From the NCBI GenBank assembly GCA_041695225.1, contig JBGFRI010000027.1:23440-87439 (forward strand): DNA of 64,000 bases. The letters run 5' to 3'. The stretch is from Deinococcota bacterium (GTDB lineage: Bacteria; Deinococcota; Deinococci; Deinococcales; Thermaceae). Within the stretch, counting starts at the first letter, position 1. Each line of letters starts with the position of its first letter. The notes below the pieces were generated by a model. The model was given only the letters and a program-made list of their open reading frames with translations. It was not told the DNA's origin and did no database searches. Shown here piece after piece: positions 53,401 to 64,000 of the stretch. A program made the position numbers and the translations under genes.

Positions 53401-53892
53401 CTGGGGGTGGAGAGTGTGCTGGGTCAGGGCAGTACCTTCTGGTTTGAACTATCCCAGGCCCAAGCTGCCGTTGCTCCCGACCCTTCCGGCCCCGAGCCTA
53501 CCAGGCCAGACCTCGCCAGGGTCGAAGGCTATACCCTGCTTTACATCGAGGATAACCTGGCCAGTCTGCGCCTGGTGGAGAGTGTCATCCGGCGCCGCCC
53601 CAACCTGCACCTGCTCTCGGCAATGCGGGGCTTACCGGGCCTCGAGCTGGCCCAACAGCACCAGCCCGACCTGATTCTGCTCGATCTGCACCTGAGTGAC
53701 ATGGATGGCCAGGAGGTGCTGCTGCGCCTGAAAAGCGAGCCACGCACCCGGCAGATTCCGGTGGTGCTTTTAAGCGCCGACGCCTCGCCGCTTCAGGCCG
53801 GGCGCCTGCTGTCGCTGGGTGCGGCAGCCTACCTGACCAAGCCGCTGGAGGTCGCTGGGCTGCTCGAGGCTCTGCGCCAATATCTGCGTTGA
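50452..53892 (+). CDS. Multi-PAS hybrid sensor histidine kinase
   Basis: About 6 PAS/PAC repeats (HPDD...DIT), H-box MSHELRTPLNSI, N-box NLLSNAIKY, G boxes and a C-terminal REC domain. Confidence 0.93.
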   Translation: MSQPAQNHQTSLDERVNELELALQAANVGTWSSDLRRGTNRVNRAWATMLGYALEEVEPTLAFFESLLHPDDLLLTQRLHQQQLQRGVDHFDLVQRMRARDGAWRWILVRGRVVERDGEGLPLRMSGIHLDLTERLQAAEALHQSEQKYRLLFENSPQPMLVYDLDTQGFLAVNQAALHKYGYSRTEFLGMSIASICPKSETSRLVDTVHEDRADLVKAGCWRHRKSDGSLMDVEIVSHRLLFDGKAARLVLVQDVTERKQAEQALRDSEERFRSFAENLDDVVWINHPDGRLAYLNPAFERVWGRPVGDFLQDESLFYQTIHPDDHGRVKAAYALPAEQRKGVQEYRILRPDGTLCWIRDRTFLIGSPVEHNRRVAGIAEDITQSRLDQEQLRLQAAALEASSTAIVIANRNGEIVWANRAFSTMTGYTLDQVYGQNPRILQSGLQRPAFYKDLWDTILAGLPWRGELVNKRKDGSLYHEYLQITPVRDSLGQITHFVGIKEDITQRKQLEQQLRQSEADLKAAQSVARVGNWYYYFDTDQVEWSEEMYRIFGLLPEEFGHSFEAFLRCVHPDDQPLLMQANREELASARPLELEFRIVLPDGQVKFIREVSKPFHDASGAVVGLFGTSQDITVYKQQEMALRASEALVRETQRLARLGSWNWDIKTSQVALTEELCEILGVAAEQISTLEDFWGLVHPDDRPRVEQLTARSVGQQDSFEVEFRILTPAGIEKHVVSHSHAVCDPQGRVMQRFATVQDITERVLAERNRQAREIAEAASQAKSEFLSRMSHELRTPLNSILGFAQLLELELSETSQRQSLEYILLAGRHLLGLINEILDISRIEAGRMVLSLEPVLVWEVLDEAVQLNRPLADARGIQIETTDSPGLNTQVLADRQRLLQVLLNLLSNAIKYNRQGGKVSLDCHLMPEVKLRVDVHDTGPGIPPGMMHRLFMPFDRLGLRDSEGTGLGLTLSKHLIEVMGGRLGVESVLGQGSTFWFELSQAQAAVAPDPSGPEPTRPDLARVEGYTLLYIEDNLASLRLVESVIRRRPNLHLLSAMRGLPGLELAQQHQPDLILLDLHLSDMDGQEVLLRLKSEPRTRQIPVVLLSADASPLQAGRLLSLGAAAYLTKPLEVAGLLEALRQYLR

Positions 53893-53949
53893 CTAGATCC
53901 CCCACCCGCCTTGGTAAGTGGGGCTTCGATCCCCCATCTGCACCTGCAG

Positions 53950-54078
53950 TAACGCGCCTGGTCGAAGGTTGAAGCACTTGCGCGCTTGGTCGAAGGTCTA
54001 AAGACGAAGGTCGAAGGCCAAAGTGCGGGACCGTGTCAGACCCTCGACCTTTGACCTGTGACCTTAGACCTGCGACGA
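53950..54078 (+). repeat. ~110-bp heptamer element
   Basis: GCGCGCTTGGTCGAAGGTCTAAAGACGAAGGTCGAAGGCCAAA...ACCGT...GACCTTAGACCTGCGACGAT. Confidence 0.85.
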
Positions 54079-54117
54079 TGGGGGCTAAGCGAGGAGACCG
54101 CCGGCTCAAACCACACC

Positions 54118-56373
54118 CTAAAGCACCTGCGACCAGTTGACTGTGCGCACATTAGTCACGTTGCGCAGCCGTTCGTCGAGCAGTTTTTGCTCGGTCTCGC
54201 TCAGGTCTACCCTGGTGCTGATGCGGAACAGCGAAGAGAGGGGCGAGGTTGGGTTGGAGTTTACCCCCATGGCGCTCTTGCCTATCGAGGCGATGGCGTC
54301 CATGACATCGCGCAGCAGACCGGCCCGGTCGTCGGCCAGAACCTCGAGCTGCATCACCCTTCCCAGCCCCTCCCAGAAGGCCAGCACCACCCGGCCCGAG
54401 TCCTGCTCCATCAGGCGGCGCATGTTGGGGCAGCTTGCCTTGTGGATGCTCACCCCACGCCCCCGGGTCACGTAGCCCAGAATGGTATCGCCCCTGGCAG
54501 GGCTGCAACAACTGGCCAGCTTGATAGGCACCTGAAGGTTAGACTCCAGCCGGATGCCCAGCTCGTTCTTGACCGGCTTGGGCCTTTGGGTAACGGTTTC
54601 AGTTTTGGGCGCCAGGATGCGGGCAATCTGCTGAGGGGCAACCCGACCCCCAGCAATGGCCAGATACAAATCCTCTGGCGAGGAGCTTTTGATGAGCCTG
54701 CGGCCCGCCTCCTCGAGCTGGCTTTCCAGCGGCTTGGGCAGGCCGCGCCGCTTGAAATATTTTTCCAGCATCCGGGCCCCTTTTTCCAGGGTCTCGGCCC
54801 GCTCGAAGGCCCGGAAAAACATCCGCACCTTTTGTTTGGCAGAACGGGTCTTGGCATACTCCACCCAGTCCTTGGAGGGATGGGCCGACTTGGCGGTGAG
54901 AATTTCCACAATTTCGCCGTTTTGCAGCTCGTAGGAGAGCGGCACAATACGCCCGTTGACCTTGGCTCCCACCATATGGTGCCCAACCTCGGTGTGGATG
55001 TGATAGGCGAAATCTACTGGGCTGGCCCCTCTGGGCAGGTTGATAATCTTGCCCCTGGGGGTAAAAACAAACACCCGCCCGCCCAGCAGTTCCTTGGTAA
55101 CGGCCTCGACAAAGTCGCGCGAGCTGCTGTACTCCTGCTGCCATTCCTGGATACTCTTGAGCCAGCCTACCCGCCGCTTGAGGCTTTCGGGGTCGGTGAC
55201 GCCTTCTTTGTAAAGCCAGTGGGCGGCGATGCCAAACTCGGCCACCTGGTGCATCTCCTTGCTGCGAATCTGGACCTCGAGCGGCAGGCCGTTTACCGCA
55301 ATCACCGTGGTGTGTAGCGACTGGTAGCCATTGGGCTTGGGCACCGCGATATAGTCCTTAACCCGGCCCGGAATGGGCTGCCACAGCGCATGCACCAGGC
55401 CCAGCACGTGGTAGCAGACCTGCTTCTCGCGCAGGGCGTTTTCCTCGGGGTCTTTGGCCGGGCGCGGCTCTAGAATTACCCGCAGGGCCAGCAGGTCGTA
55501 GATCTGTTCAATGGCCCGGCCCTCCCGCTCCATCTTTTTCCAGATGGAAAAAAGGTGCTTGGTGCGCCCGGTGACCTCGACACTTTTGATGGACTGCTTC
55601 AGGATGAAATCGCGCGCCAGGGCCTGCTCGAGCTTCTCCTTGGCGGCCTGTACGGCAGCCTCGCGCTCGGCCCGGTGGCTTTTGAGCCGGGCCTGGAGGG
55701 CCTGGTAATTTGCGGGGTCCAGATAGCGGAAGGAGAGGTCTTCGAGCTCGAGCTTTACCTGCCCGATCCCCAGCCGGTGGGCCAGAGGAGCATAAATTTC
55801 CAGGGTTTCGCGAGCGATGCGCTGCTGTTTGTTGGGGGGCATGAACTCCAGGGTGCGCAGGTTATGCAGCCGGTCGGCCAGCTTGACAATAATTATCCGC
55901 ACGTCCTCGGCCATGGCGATGAACATCTGGCGCAGGTCTTCGGCGTGCTTCTCTTCGGCGGGCTTGTCCTCGCTGGCAGCATGGGCCAGCTTATAGAGCT
56001 TGGAAACTTTGGTCTCACCCTCGACAATTTTGCGTACAGCAGCGCCGAATTTTTCTTCAATCTCCTCAGGCAGGGCCGGGGTGTCCTCGATGGTGTCGTG
56101 CAGGAGGCCGGCCATCAGGGTCTCGGCGTCCAGGCCCAGCTCGGCCAGGATCTGGGCCACCGCTACCGGGTGGGTAACATAGGGCTCGCCGCTTCTGCGC
56201 TGCTGCCCCTGGTGCGCCCGGTAGGCGAACTCGAGCGCGGCCAGCACCTGCTGGCGCGAGGCCTCAGACAGATAGTGCAGACGGGGCTTTAGGCTGGCCC
56301 ACAGCTCCTCTACCGCACCATGCTCCACCGGCGACGGAGGGGTCGCTGTCGGCTGAGGGGAAGGCTTGATCAT
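54118..56373 (-). CDS. rel: Bifunctional (p)ppGpp synthetase/hydrolase (RelA/SpoT)
   Basis: HD domain (GEPYVTHP, LLHDTIED, KLADRLHN), synthetase (GRTKH, NGYQSLHT, EVQIR), TGS and ACT domains. Confidence 0.95.
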   Translation of the reverse strand: MIKPSPQPTATPPSPVEHGAVEELWASLKPRLHYLSEASRQQVLAALEFAYRAHQGQQRRSGEPYVTHPVAVAQILAELGLDAETLMAGLLHDTIEDTPALPEEIEEKFGAAVRKIVEGETKVSKLYKLAHAASEDKPAEEKHAEDLRQMFIAMAEDVRIIIVKLADRLHNLRTLEFMPPNKQQRIARETLEIYAPLAHRLGIGQVKLELEDLSFRYLDPANYQALQARLKSHRAEREAAVQAAKEKLEQALARDFILKQSIKSVEVTGRTKHLFSIWKKMEREGRAIEQIYDLLALRVILEPRPAKDPEENALREKQVCYHVLGLVHALWQPIPGRVKDYIAVPKPNGYQSLHTTVIAVNGLPLEVQIRSKEMHQVAEFGIAAHWLYKEGVTDPESLKRRVGWLKSIQEWQQEYSSSRDFVEAVTKELLGGRVFVFTPRGKIINLPRGASPVDFAYHIHTEVGHHMVGAKVNGRIVPLSYELQNGEIVEILTAKSAHPSKDWVEYAKTRSAKQKVRMFFRAFERAETLEKGARMLEKYFKRRGLPKPLESQLEEAGRRLIKSSSPEDLYLAIAGGRVAPQQIARILAPKTETVTQRPKPVKNELGIRLESNLQVPIKLASCCSPARGDTILGYVTRGRGVSIHKASCPNMRRLMEQDSGRVVLAFWEGLGRVMQLEVLADDRAGLLRDVMDAIASIGKSAMGVNSNPTSPLSSLFRISTRVDLSETEQKLLDERLRNVTNVRTVNWSQVL

Positions 56374-56459
56374 ACAACACGGCTGTGCGCTCTGCCTTCG
56401 GCAAAAGACACGTTACTAAGTCTAGCACCTTACAGTCATCTGACCAAAGCTTTGGGCGT

Positions 56460-56689
56460 AGTGCTCCTGGCGTCGCATGTCCAGTGCTCCTGGCGTCGCA
56501 CGCCTGAGGTCGAAGGTCTAAGGTCGAAGGTCAGATAAAGGCCGAAGGCTTCTATCTTTAGGCTATCAGCTATCGGCTATCAGCTAATGGAGGGTCGAAG
56601 GTCGAAGGTCTGTGACGGTCCAGCATTTTGGCCTTCGACCTTTGTCTTTCGACCTTCGACCCAGCGCACAAGCGCTTTGACCTTCGACT
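56460..56689 (-). repeat. Heptamer elements (minus orientation) with an internal (GCTATCR)n tract
   Basis: Duplicated tail GTGCTCCTGGCGTCGCA, (AGGTCGA)n, GCTATCA GCTATCG GCTATCA and an element head. Confidence 0.85.
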
Positions 56690-56719
56690 ACTATGAACTA
56701 AGCAAAGTAAACTAGCCAC

Positions 56720-58069
56720 ATGTTAGGGCTAGACCTAAACAATATTCTCTCTCAGCGCATCGGCCAGCAGGGCCTGGACTGGGCCGGCGAGCTCGAGGCC
56801 CATGCTTTGGGCCTGGAAAGGGCCCGCGACGCAATCTGGGGCCGGAAGTCCGACCCGGCCGAGTTTCTGGGCTGGGTTGAGGTACCCGATGATACCGAGA
56901 CCGTACGCCAGGTGCTGCGCTACCGTCAGGCCAACCCCTGGGTAGAAGACCTGGTGGTGCTGGGTATCGGCGGCTCGGCCCTGGGCGCGCAGGCGATTAG
57001 TGCGGCACTAGGCCGGGGGCCGGTGCGACTGCACTTTGTAGATAATGTCGAACCCGAACCTATCCTAAAGCTGCTGCGAACCCTCGACCCGAGCAAAACC
57101 CTGGTCAACGTCATATCCAAGTCCGGCTCCACCTCTGAGACCATGGCGGCTTTTCTGGTCTTCAGGCAGTGGCTCGAGCTCGGCACAGCCAGCTGGAAAA
57201 AGCACCTGGTAGTCACTACCGACCCCAGCAAGGGCAGCCTGCGCCCCTATGCCCAGGCCGAGGGTCTGGCCGCCTTCGAGGTGCCCGCCTCGGTAGGGGG
57301 CCGCTTTAGCGTGTTCTGTCCGGTGGGCACACTGCCGCTGGCCTTTGCCGGCCTGGACCTTGAAAGCCTGCTTGCCGGGGCCCGTAAGTCCAACCAGCAG
57401 GCTGGCAGCGCGCTGGAGCATAACCTGCCCGCCCAGACCGCCCTGATCGCCCACCTCTTCAGCCAGAGGGGCAAGAATATTCTGGTCTTTATGCCTTACT
57501 CGAGCCGCCTGCGCTTTTTGCCAGACTGGTTTGTGCAGCTACACGACGAGTCGCTGGGCAAGCTCCGCGACCGCCAGGGCAACGAGGTCCGCCGCGGCAC
57601 CACTGCGGTGCGGGCCATTGGCGCTACCGACCAGCACGCCCAGGTGCAGCTATTCCGCGAAGGCCCCCACGACAAGCTGATCACCCTGGTGCGCCTGGAG
57701 AACCCCAGCGAAGACCTGGAAATCCCGGCGGTAAAGGGGCTCGAGGGGCTGGACTACCTGTTCGGCCGTAGCTTTTTCGAGTTGCTGGACGCAGAGGCCA
57801 GGGCCACCGCCCACGCCCTGGCCAAGGCCGCCCAGCCCAACTACACCATTACCCTGGAGAAACTCGATGCCTTTAACCTGGGCTGGCTGCTGCAACATCT
57901 GATGTGGCAGACAGCGTTCCTGGGCGAGCTGTGGAACATCAATGCCTTCGATCAGCCGGGGGTGGAGCTGGGCAAGGATTACACCTACGCGCTGATGGGG
58001 CGCAAGGGCTGGGAACAGCTCGCAGCCGAGCTCGAGGCCGAGGGGGTCAAGGCTGCTTCGCAGGTCTAA
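56720..58069 (+). CDS. pgi: Glucose-6-phosphate isomerase
   Basis: GIGGSALG, SKSGST.ET, VGGRFSV, TDQHAQVQL and FDQPGVELGK motifs. Confidence 0.94.
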   Translation: MLGLDLNNILSQRIGQQGLDWAGELEAHALGLERARDAIWGRKSDPAEFLGWVEVPDDTETVRQVLRYRQANPWVEDLVVLGIGGSALGAQAISAALGRGPVRLHFVDNVEPEPILKLLRTLDPSKTLVNVISKSGSTSETMAAFLVFRQWLELGTASWKKHLVVTTDPSKGSLRPYAQAEGLAAFEVPASVGGRFSVFCPVGTLPLAFAGLDLESLLAGARKSNQQAGSALEHNLPAQTALIAHLFSQRGKNILVFMPYSSRLRFLPDWFVQLHDESLGKLRDRQGNEVRRGTTAVRAIGATDQHAQVQLFREGPHDKLITLVRLENPSEDLEIPAVKGLEGLDYLFGRSFFELLDAEARATAHALAKAAQPNYTITLEKLDAFNLGWLLQHLMWQTAFLGELWNINAFDQPGVELGKDYTYALMGRKGWEQLAAELEAEGVKAASQV

Positions 58070-58184
58070 GGTCGAAGGTCTAAGGTCGCAGGTCGCAGGT
58101 CTCAAGTCGCAGGTCTGCCACGGTCCTGTGTTCTGGCTTTCGGCCTTCGTCTTTCGACCTTCGACCAAGCTCCTTAGCGCGTGT
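58057..58184 (-). repeat. Heptamer element (minus orientation) overlapping the pgi stop
   Basis: (AGGTCTA/AGGTCGC)n...GGTCTGCCACGGTC...TTCGTCTTTCGACCTTCGACCAAGC. Confidence 0.85.
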
Positions 58185-58205
58185 GCGGTCTGAGACAACC
58201 CATCC

Positions 58206-60059
58206 TCAATCTTCAGGGTCGCTGGCATCCCAGTGGCTGGGCGAGCGCCAGAGGTTGGAAATTAGCAGCTCGCGCATGGCCAGAAACTCCTTGGGCATGC
58301 GCTTGTAAAGTTTAATGAAAAGCTCCTCGTGGGAAAGGATTTCCTTTAGCCATAGGTCGCGGTCTATGGCCATTAGCTCCAAAAACTGCTCTTTGCTGAA
58401 CTCGAGCCCCCGCCAGTCTAAGTCTTCGTACTGCGGCACATAGCCCAGGGGCGACTCGGTGCCGCGCCCGCGCCCGTTGGCCCGGTCTACCACCCACTTG
58501 AGCACGCGCATGTTTTCGCCAAAGCCCGGCCAGACATACTCGCCTTGCTGGTTTTTACGAAACCAGTTCACGCTAAAAATGCGTGGGGGGTCTACTACCC
58601 TGCGGCCCATATCCAGCCAGTGGTTAAAATAGCTGGCCATGTGATAGCCAATAAATGGCAGCATGGCAAAGGGGTCCCGGCGTATCTCGCCAATCTGACC
58701 AAAAGCCGCCGCGGTCATCTCCGAGCCGATGGTGGCACCCAGATACACCCCAAAGCTCCAGTTAAAGCTCTGGTAGACCAGCGGAACCACACTGGGCCGT
58801 CTCCCCCCAAAAATGAAGGCCCTGATGGGCACGCCCTTGGGGTTCTCCCACTCCGGGTCAATCACCGGGTTCTGGCTGGCGGGGCAGGTGAAACGGGCAT
58901 TGGGGTGGGCAGCCTTTCTGCCAGTGCTGGGTGTCCAGTCCTGGCCCTGCCAGTCTATGGCCTTCTGGGGCACCGGGCCGTGCATCCCCTCCCACCAGAC
59001 ATCGCCCTCGGGGGTGAGGGCCACGTTGGTGAAGATGGTGTTTTTAGACATAGCGGCAATGGCGTTTGGGTTGGTCTGGCCGCTGGTTCCTGGGGCTACC
59101 CCAAAGTAGCCGGCCTCGGGGTTGATGGCATACAAACGCCCGTCGGGGCCGGGCTTAATCCAGGCAATATCGTCGCCTACGGTGGTTACTTTCCAGCCGT
59201 CTTGCTGGAAGGGCCTGGGCGGAACCAGCATGGCAAAATTGGTCTTGCCGCAGGCCGAAGGAAACGCGGCCGCCACATAGGTTTTCTGCCCTCTGGGGTC
59301 TTCGACCCCCAGGATCAGCATGTGCTCGGCCAGCCAGCCCTCGTCGCGCCCAATCACGCTGGCAATGCGCAGCGCCAGGGCCTTTTTGCCCAGCAGAGCA
59401 TTGCCCCCGTATCCCGAACCATAGCTCCAGATGGAGCGCTCTTCGGGAAAATGTACGATGTATTTGACCTTAGGGTTGCAGGGCCAGGGGATATCCGGCT
59501 GGCCGGGTTCTAGGGGCATTCCTACGGTGTGCATGCAGGGTACAAACTCACCGCTCTCGCCCAGTACCTCATAGACGGCCTGGCCCATGCGGGTCATGAT
59601 CTTCATGTTCACCACCACATAGGCCGAGTCGGTAATCTCGATGCCGATATAACTGATGCTCGAGCCCAGGGGCCCCATACTGAACGGCACTACGTACATG
59701 GTGCGCCCCCGCATACAGCCATCGAACAACCCCTGAAGGGTGGCGTGCATTTTTCTTGGATTCACCCAGTTGTTGGTAGGGCCAGCATCTTCCTTGTTGA
59801 CCGAGCAGATGAAGGTGCGGTCTTCTACCCTGGCCACATCGCTGGGGTCCGAGCGGGCCAGGAAGCTGTTGGGCCGCAGCTCGGGGTTCAGGCGAATGAA
59901 AGTACCGGCCCCCACCAGCTGTTCGCACAGGGCGTTGTATTCTTGCTCCGAACCGTCGGCAAAATGCACTGCATCGGGCTTGCACAGGGCTACGGCTTTA
60001 CTAATCCAGTGTCTGACCCGCTCGCTTTTGATGTAGGGAGGGAACTCGAGTTTTAGCAT
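58206..60059 (-). CDS. pckG: Phosphoenolpyruvate carboxykinase (GTP)
   Basis: [47 protein letters not shown] and DPFAMLPF motifs. Confidence 0.95.
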   Translation of the reverse strand: MLKLEFPPYIKSERVRHWISKAVALCKPDAVHFADGSEQEYNALCEQLVGAGTFIRLNPELRPNSFLARSDPSDVARVEDRTFICSVNKEDAGPTNNWVNPRKMHATLQGLFDGCMRGRTMYVVPFSMGPLGSSISYIGIEITDSAYVVVNMKIMTRMGQAVYEVLGESGEFVPCMHTVGMPLEPGQPDIPWPCNPKVKYIVHFPEERSIWSYGSGYGGNALLGKKALALRIASVIGRDEGWLAEHMLILGVEDPRGQKTYVAAAFPSACGKTNFAMLVPPRPFQQDGWKVTTVGDDIAWIKPGPDGRLYAINPEAGYFGVAPGTSGQTNPNAIAAMSKNTIFTNVALTPEGDVWWEGMHGPVPQKAIDWQGQDWTPSTGRKAAHPNARFTCPASQNPVIDPEWENPKGVPIRAFIFGGRRPSVVPLVYQSFNWSFGVYLGATIGSEMTAAAFGQIGEIRRDPFAMLPFIGYHMASYFNHWLDMGRRVVDPPRIFSVNWFRKNQQGEYVWPGFGENMRVLKWVVDRANGRGRGTESPLGYVPQYEDLDWRGLEFSKEQFLELMAIDRDLWLKEILSHEELFIKLYKRMPKEFLAMRELLISNLWRSPSHWDASDPED

Positions 60060-60497
60060 ATTGCCCTTAACTCTAATGGTTGTACCGGGATATTTCACAG
60101 GGCCTGCGGGAGTATGTTTTGGGCGTAAGTGACTGTCTTACCCCTTCACAAAGCCGCTGCCGTGCCGAAAACTTCGTACCTCAGGGTTGCGCTATACTTG
60201 TGCTGAGCTTGTGAAGACGGGGTGTCTGGTATTCGGTACTGACCGCTACACAATCACCTTAAGAGCAGATCTGAAACTTTGATAGGGGTAGCCCAAGTGG
60301 TCTGGGTCGAAAATTCAGTGACGTATTGCGTGATGGCCTCACGCGCCTGACCTGGGGCGGGACAGCTAAGAACCTTCGTCATCGTATTTATCGCATCGGC
60401 TACTTAGACTTAGTTATGAGGGTGTTTTCCCGTTAGGTTGTGAACCACGAAATCAACTCGTCTTGGCACAGACCCTGGGCTCCTCGAGGACACCTGC

Positions 60498-60526
60498 TTG
60501 ATTAACCCGTAGCGCCCGTATATACT
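60498..60526 (+). promoter_or_regulatory. Putative promoter of the str operon
   Basis: TTGATT-17 nt-TATACT. Confidence 0.65.
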
Positions 60527-60756
60527 TCTAGGGTTGCGTTGCCTCAGGCCAGCCCCGGCCCTGGGGTCACATCGGTTGCGCTTGCGGAATACCCGTCGCG
60601 CACAGCGATTCTTGAGAACTCAGGGGCGAACCGCGGGCCAACGGCCTCGTTCGCTTCTGCTGGGAACCCCGCACCGAGCGCAGCACAGGAATGCAGACTT
60701 CAGTGTGGGGTTTCGGTTTTTAGCCAGAAGTTTGTCAACGAAAGGATGTGATTACA

Positions 60757-61164
60757 CTGCCAACCATCAACCAACTCCTCCGCAAGGGCCGTGCTCCGGT
60801 GGCCAAAAAGAGCAAAGTGCCCGCTCTCAAGGGCAGCCCCTTCCGCAAGGGGGTTTGCACGGTGGTGCGTACTGTCACCCCCAAGAAGCCCAACTCGGCG
60901 CTGCGCAAGGTGGCCAAGGTGCGCCTGTCCAGCCAGTACGAAGTCACCGCCTACATTCCGGGAGAAGGCCACAACCTGCAGGAACACTCGGTGGTGCTAA
61001 TACGTGGGGGCCGGGTGAAAGACCTACCGGGGGTGCGCTACCACATTGTGCGCGGTATCTACGACACCCAGGGTGTGAAAGACCGCAAGAAGAGCCGTTC
61101 CAAGTATGGGGCCAAGAGGCCCAAGGCAGACGCAAAGGGCGCGGCTGCAAAGGGCAAGAAGTAG
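60757..61164 (+). CDS. rpsL: 30S ribosomal protein S12 (probable CTG start; alternative GTG at 60748)
   Basis: [27 protein letters not shown] and [10 protein letters not shown] motifs. Confidence 0.97.
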   Translation: MPTINQLLRKGRAPVAKKSKVPALKGSPFRKGVCTVVRTVTPKKPNSALRKVAKVRLSSQYEVTAYIPGEGHNLQEHSVVLIRGGRVKDLPGVRYHIVRGIYDTQGVKDRKKSRSKYGAKRPKADAKGAAAKGKK

Positions 61165-61171
61165 GTGAGTT

Positions 61172-61642
61172 ATGTCGCGTAGAAGACAAGCTGAAGTTCG
61201 GCAGTTGGGGCCCGACCACCTGTATGGGGATGTGGTGGTCTCTGCGCTCATCAACCGGATGATGCGCGATGGCAAGAAGAACCTGGCCGCCAAAATCTTC
61301 AAAGATGCCTGCGAGATTATTCAGGACAAGAGCGGCCAGGAACCCCTAAAAGTGTTCAAGGCGGCCCTGGATAATGTTCGCCCCAGGGTCGAGGTGCGCA
61401 GCCGCCGGGTGGGCGGGGCCAACTACCAGGTGCCCGTCGAGGTATCCCCTCGCCGCCAGCAGACCCTGGCCCTGCGCTGGATTGTCACCGCTTTCAATAA
61501 CCGTGGCGAGCGCGAAGCTCACCTGCGCCTGGCGGCCGAGCTGTTGGAGGCCGCCGAAGGCAAGGGCAGTGCGGTCAAGAAGAAGGAAGATGTCGAGCGT
61601 ATGGCCGAGGCCAACCGGGCCTACGCCCACTACCGGTGGTGA
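61172..61642 (+). CDS. rpsG: 30S ribosomal protein S7
   Basis: [14 protein letters not shown] and [13 protein letters not shown] motifs. Confidence 0.97.
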   Translation: MSRRRQAEVRQLGPDHLYGDVVVSALINRMMRDGKKNLAAKIFKDACEIIQDKSGQEPLKVFKAALDNVRPRVEVRSRRVGGANYQVPVEVSPRRQQTLALRWIVTAFNNRGEREAHLRLAAELLEAAEGKGSAVKKKEDVERMAEANRAYAHYRW

Positions 61643-61644
61643 GT

Positions 61645-63738
<2,094 letters not shown>

Positions 63739-63764
63739 ATGAGTCACAGGTCAATACAAAAGAT

Positions 63765-63858
63765 GTCGAATGTCGAAAGTCGAGTGTCGAAAGTCAAAGG
63801 CCTTCGACCTTAGACCTTAGACCTGAGACATTCCATTGACCTGAGACCTGAGAGACTA
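63765..63858. repeat. Inverted 7-bp tandem repeats between fusA and tuf
   Basis: (NGTCGAA)n-GGCC-(TTCGACC/TTAGACC/TGAGACC)n hairpin geometry. Confidence 0.85.
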
Positions 63859-63879
63859 GATAAAGGAGTGAGACTAACT

Positions 63880-64000
63880 ATGGCCAAAGGCGTATTCGAA
63901 CGCACCAAACCCCACGTCAACGTAGGCACCATCGGACACGTAGACCACGGCAAGACCACCCTGACCGCAGCCATTACCTATGTGGCCGCGGCCGCCGACC
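63880..64000 (+). CDS. tuf: Elongation factor Tu (5' partial)
   Basis: [42 protein letters not shown]. Truncated by the window end. Confidence 0.96.
   Translation, partial: MAKGVFERTKPHVNVGTIGHVDHGKTTLTAAITYVAAAAD

Overview
About 64 kb of GC-rich bacterial chromosome, very likely Deinococcota/Thermaceae (Meiothermus-like). This rests on the TL5-type rplY, a two-OB-fold SSB, Thermus-like rpsL/rpsG/fusA and many leaderless-type -10 boxes. Most of the window is housekeeping: wecB, alr, iclR-aceB, rplY-pth, pstSCAB, mobA, mreB-lpxD-lpxC, aceEF, cmk, aroA, nrnA, SAM-I riboswitch-metY-metF, rel, pgi, GTP-PEPCK and the start of the str operon (rpsL-rpsG-fusA-tuf). Accessory content includes an actinobacterial Sdh1-type succinate dehydrogenase, a second SSB lacking its acidic tail, an orphan BY-kinase, a RelE/ParE toxin-antitoxin pair, a vWA/Ser-Thr kinase/FHA/PP2C operon and an HD-GYP regulator plus PAS kinase. 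The most striking signal is a four-helix-bundle (23S rRNA-IVP/Avd-like) gene inside the kinase operon, bracketed by inverted short tandem repeats that could loop it out of the mRNA. In addition, about 14 intergenic loci between 24 and 64 kb are built from inverted 7-bp tandem repeats with the same 'repeats-spacer-inverted repeats' geometry. No tRNA, rRNA, CRISPR array, transposase or integrase was seen. All calls were made by eye, with no database searches.
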